The position numbers were made by a program, and so were the translations under genes. A DNA stretch of 64,000 nucleotides from Spirochaetia bacterium (GTDB lineage Bacteria; Spirochaetota; Spirochaetia; SZUA-6; Bin103), in the NCBI GenBank assembly GCA_965203515.1, contig OZ241907.1:3104001-3168000 (forward strand), given 5' to 3'. Positions 62,074 to 64,000 of the stretch are shown piece after piece. The notes beneath the pieces are model-generated. The model was not told the DNA's origin. It searched no databases and saw only the letters and a program-made list of their open reading frames with translations. Within the stretch, counting starts at the first letter, position 1; every line of letters starts with the position of its first letter.

Positions 62074-62660
62074 CGCTGCGCGGCGGCCGGCGCTTCCAGC
62101 AGGATCTGCCGGAGGCGCCGGAGAGCGCGGCCCCGATGGGAGATCGCGTCCTTGGCCGCGCCGTCCATCCGGGCGAAGGTCGCATCGGCGCCGCGCGGCC
62201 GGAAGATCGGGTCGTAGCCGAAGCCGCCGTCGCCCTGCGGAGCGCGTACCACGGTGCCCGCCACGGTCTCCTGCACGATCAGCAGCCGCTGATCGGCCAG
62301 CACCACCGCTACGCAGCACACGAACAGCGCCGAGCGGTCGGCTGAACCGGCCAGGGCGTCCAGCAGGAGGAGGTTGCGCCGCTGCTGGGTGACGTCGCCT
62401 CCGTAGCGCGCGGACCGCACGCCGGGCGCGCCGCCGAGCGACGGTACCACCAGACCCGAGTCATCGGCCGCCGCCGCCATACCGGTCATGGCGAACAGCT
62501 GGCGAGCCTTGCCGAGTGCGTTGTCGACGAAGGTTGCGCCGCGTTCGTCGTAGCAGAACGTCAGCCCCCGGTCGCGCGGCGTCAGAAACCGCACCTCGGG
62601 CAAGACGCGGCGAAACTCCCGGGCCTTGCCGGCGTTGGTGCTGGCCAGTAGCAGCGTCAA
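62070..62660 (-). CDS. rdgB: Non-canonical purine NTP pyrophosphatase (RdgB/HAM1)
   Basis: ASTNAGK.RE, ADDSGL, PGV.SARY, GFGYDPIF, SHRG.A. Confidence 0.95.
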   Translation of the reverse strand: MTLLLASTNAGKAREFRRVLPEVRFLTPRDRGLTFCYDERGATFVDNALGKARQLFAMTGMAAAADDSGLVVPSLGGAPGVRSARYGGDVTQQRRNLLLLDALAGSADRSALFVCCVAVVLADQRLLIVQETVAGTVVRAPQGDGGFGYDPIFRPRGADATFARMDGAAKDAISHRGRALRRLRQILLEAPAAAQR

Positions 62661-63538
62661 GTGAAGCGCAGCCTATCGTGGGCGAAGCGGCGCTTCAACC
62701 AGAACAGCCCGGTATCGACGGTGCCCTTGGGGATGCCGAGCAGTTGGGCGATCTGGCGGTTGCTCGGTCCCAGGCGTACCACCCGCATCTCGGCCCGGGC
62801 GTTGGTCGCCGTCCCGCGCACGCGCCGGAGCCGTGTCTTCAGGAGCTGCCGCCGCTCTGCGTCGGGCTCGGCGAGCAGTTGCCCCTCGATCATCCGCGCC
62901 GTCGCGAACGCCCGATTGCTCCGTTCGCGCAACCGGCGCCACCGACGCTGCGAGCCCGCGGTCGCTTGGCGGGCGCGCCCGATCAACGCCGGCAGGTCGG
63001 AGCGGTCGCACAGACCGGCCCACGCCGACACCTGCGTGTCCGGGAGCCGGTGACAGTTCTTGAGGACGGCGAACAGCACCCGTCGGCGGGTGGCGCCGTC
63101 GTCCAGGCCGGCCGCGGCGCTCGGCGCGCCCTGCTCCGGCGCCCGCTGCTCCGGCGCCCGGGGCGTGTCGGCCGCCAGCGCCGCGGCCTCCGCATCCCAC
63201 AACGCCGAAGTGCCGGCGAGCCGCCATGCGGCCTCGCGGCGGTCTTTGGAGCGGTAGTAGCTGCTGAGCTGCCACGTCAGCACCGATCGGAGGTATGCCT
63301 CGAACGGCCGCCCCTGGTCCTCGAAACGTTCGACCGCCTCCTGCAGACGCGGCCGGCAGAACAGATAGAACTCGCCGCAGTCGTCTTCTTCGTGCTGCCG
63401 GCCGTTCCACAGCGGAAAGCGATACGCGTACGCGCCGACCCGATCGAACAACTCGCGCCGACCCGTTCCCGTGCGCTGGTAGCGTACTACCGCTGCCGTC
63501 ATCGATTCCTCGGATTCCCTGATCTCGGTCCTTATCAT
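62657..63538 (-). CDS. Sigma70/ECF-like HTH protein
   Basis: Region-2-like F...G.PFEAYL; C-terminal region-4-like SNRQIAQLLGIPKGTVD. Start may be 63502. Confidence 0.6.
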   Translation of the reverse strand: MIRTEIRESEESMTAAVVRYQRTGTGRRELFDRVGAYAYRFPLWNGRQHEEDDCGEFYLFCRPRLQEAVERFEDQGRPFEAYLRSVLTWQLSSYYRSKDRREAAWRLAGTSALWDAEAAALAADTPRAPEQRAPEQGAPSAAAGLDDGATRRRVLFAVLKNCHRLPDTQVSAWAGLCDRSDLPALIGRARQATAGSQRRWRRLRERSNRAFATARMIEGQLLAEPDAERRQLLKTRLRRVRGTATNARAEMRVVRLGPSNRQIAQLLGIPKGTVDTGLFWLKRRFAHDRLRFT

Positions 63539-63707
63539 GCGGATCAGAGAAGCAGGAATCGTGCCAGGGACGGCGCTGAGGGAATGGGCGTTCTGCAGGT
63601 CTTGCAGCGCCCGTTCCGCGCACCACCCTTTACCTGTATTTACCTACAGGGGAGAGCGGGCCTCGCCGGTTCGGCGGCACGCGACCGGGTTTGCGGTGAC
63701 GGTTACA

Positions 63708-64000
63708 TCAGGGTTCGCGGGTAGCGGCGGCTCGCCGCCGGAGTCGTTCGATCTGCGGCGCGATCGCGGCGAGCGCCGCGCGGCGGGCCTGTTCGATGCT
63801 TCCGTGAAAGGTGCAGCCGGCCGCTTGCGGGTGGCCGCCGCCGCCCAGCGCGCGCGCGCACGAGCCGACGTCTACGGCCGTGGTCGAACGCATGCTCACC
63901 GAACACTCGCCCGGCCGCTCCTCGCGCACCACCACCAGCGCTTCGGTGCCGGCGACCGTCTGCAGCAGCGAATGGAGATCGTCATCACCGCGGCCGGCGT
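63708..64000 (-). CDS. DHH/DHHA1 phosphoesterase (NrnA-like), C-terminal part
   Basis: VSMRS....DV...A..LGGGGHPQAAG. Confidence 0.85.
   Translation of the reverse strand, partial: AGRGDDDLHSLLQTVAGTEALVVVREERPGECSVSMRSTTAVDVGSCARALGGGGHPQAAGCTFHGSIEQARRAALAAIAPQIERLRRRAAATREP

Overview
High-GC bacterial chromosome segment containing the replication origin. Several markers point to a Spirochaetota organism: GyrB PLWGKMLN motif, L34 with an SDERKPY tail, archaeal-type PheRS, tRNA-Arg(GCG), and rpmH-rnpA-yidD-yidC-jag co-oriented after dnaA-dnaN-recF. The accessory genes (FN3-repeat surface protein, TPR protein, several adenine methyltransferases, TA remnants) suggest a host-associated lifestyle such as a sponge symbiont; this is inference. 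Core content: peptide-type ABC transporter, fdhA, a split prpBC/prpD methylcitrate pathway, rlpA, nadE, pheST, argS, gatCAB-aspS, dnaX-ybaB-recR, six tRNAs, SRP RNA, gyrBA, two parS sites with parAB, dnaA, oriC (DnaA boxes and DnaA-trios), dnaN, recF, dciA, rpmH to jag, radA, rdgB. Accessory content: two 1332-bp ISL3 copies with intact 8-bp target duplications, a decayed defence islet (orphan Rpn C-terminal domain, relBE-like remnant, SeqA-like domain, doubly frameshifted restriction-nuclease-like gene plus MTase), and a PTS-EIIA/diadenylate cyclase fusion. The best candidate for an undescribed system is the phenylalanine locus. There a DAHP-synthase-like domain that has lost its KPRT motif and three of four metal ligands is fused to an intact prephenate dehydratase. 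It sits head-to-head with an HD-fold protein that has also lost catalytic residues and that leads the pheST operon. All family assignments come from recognising motifs by eye; no database searches were run.
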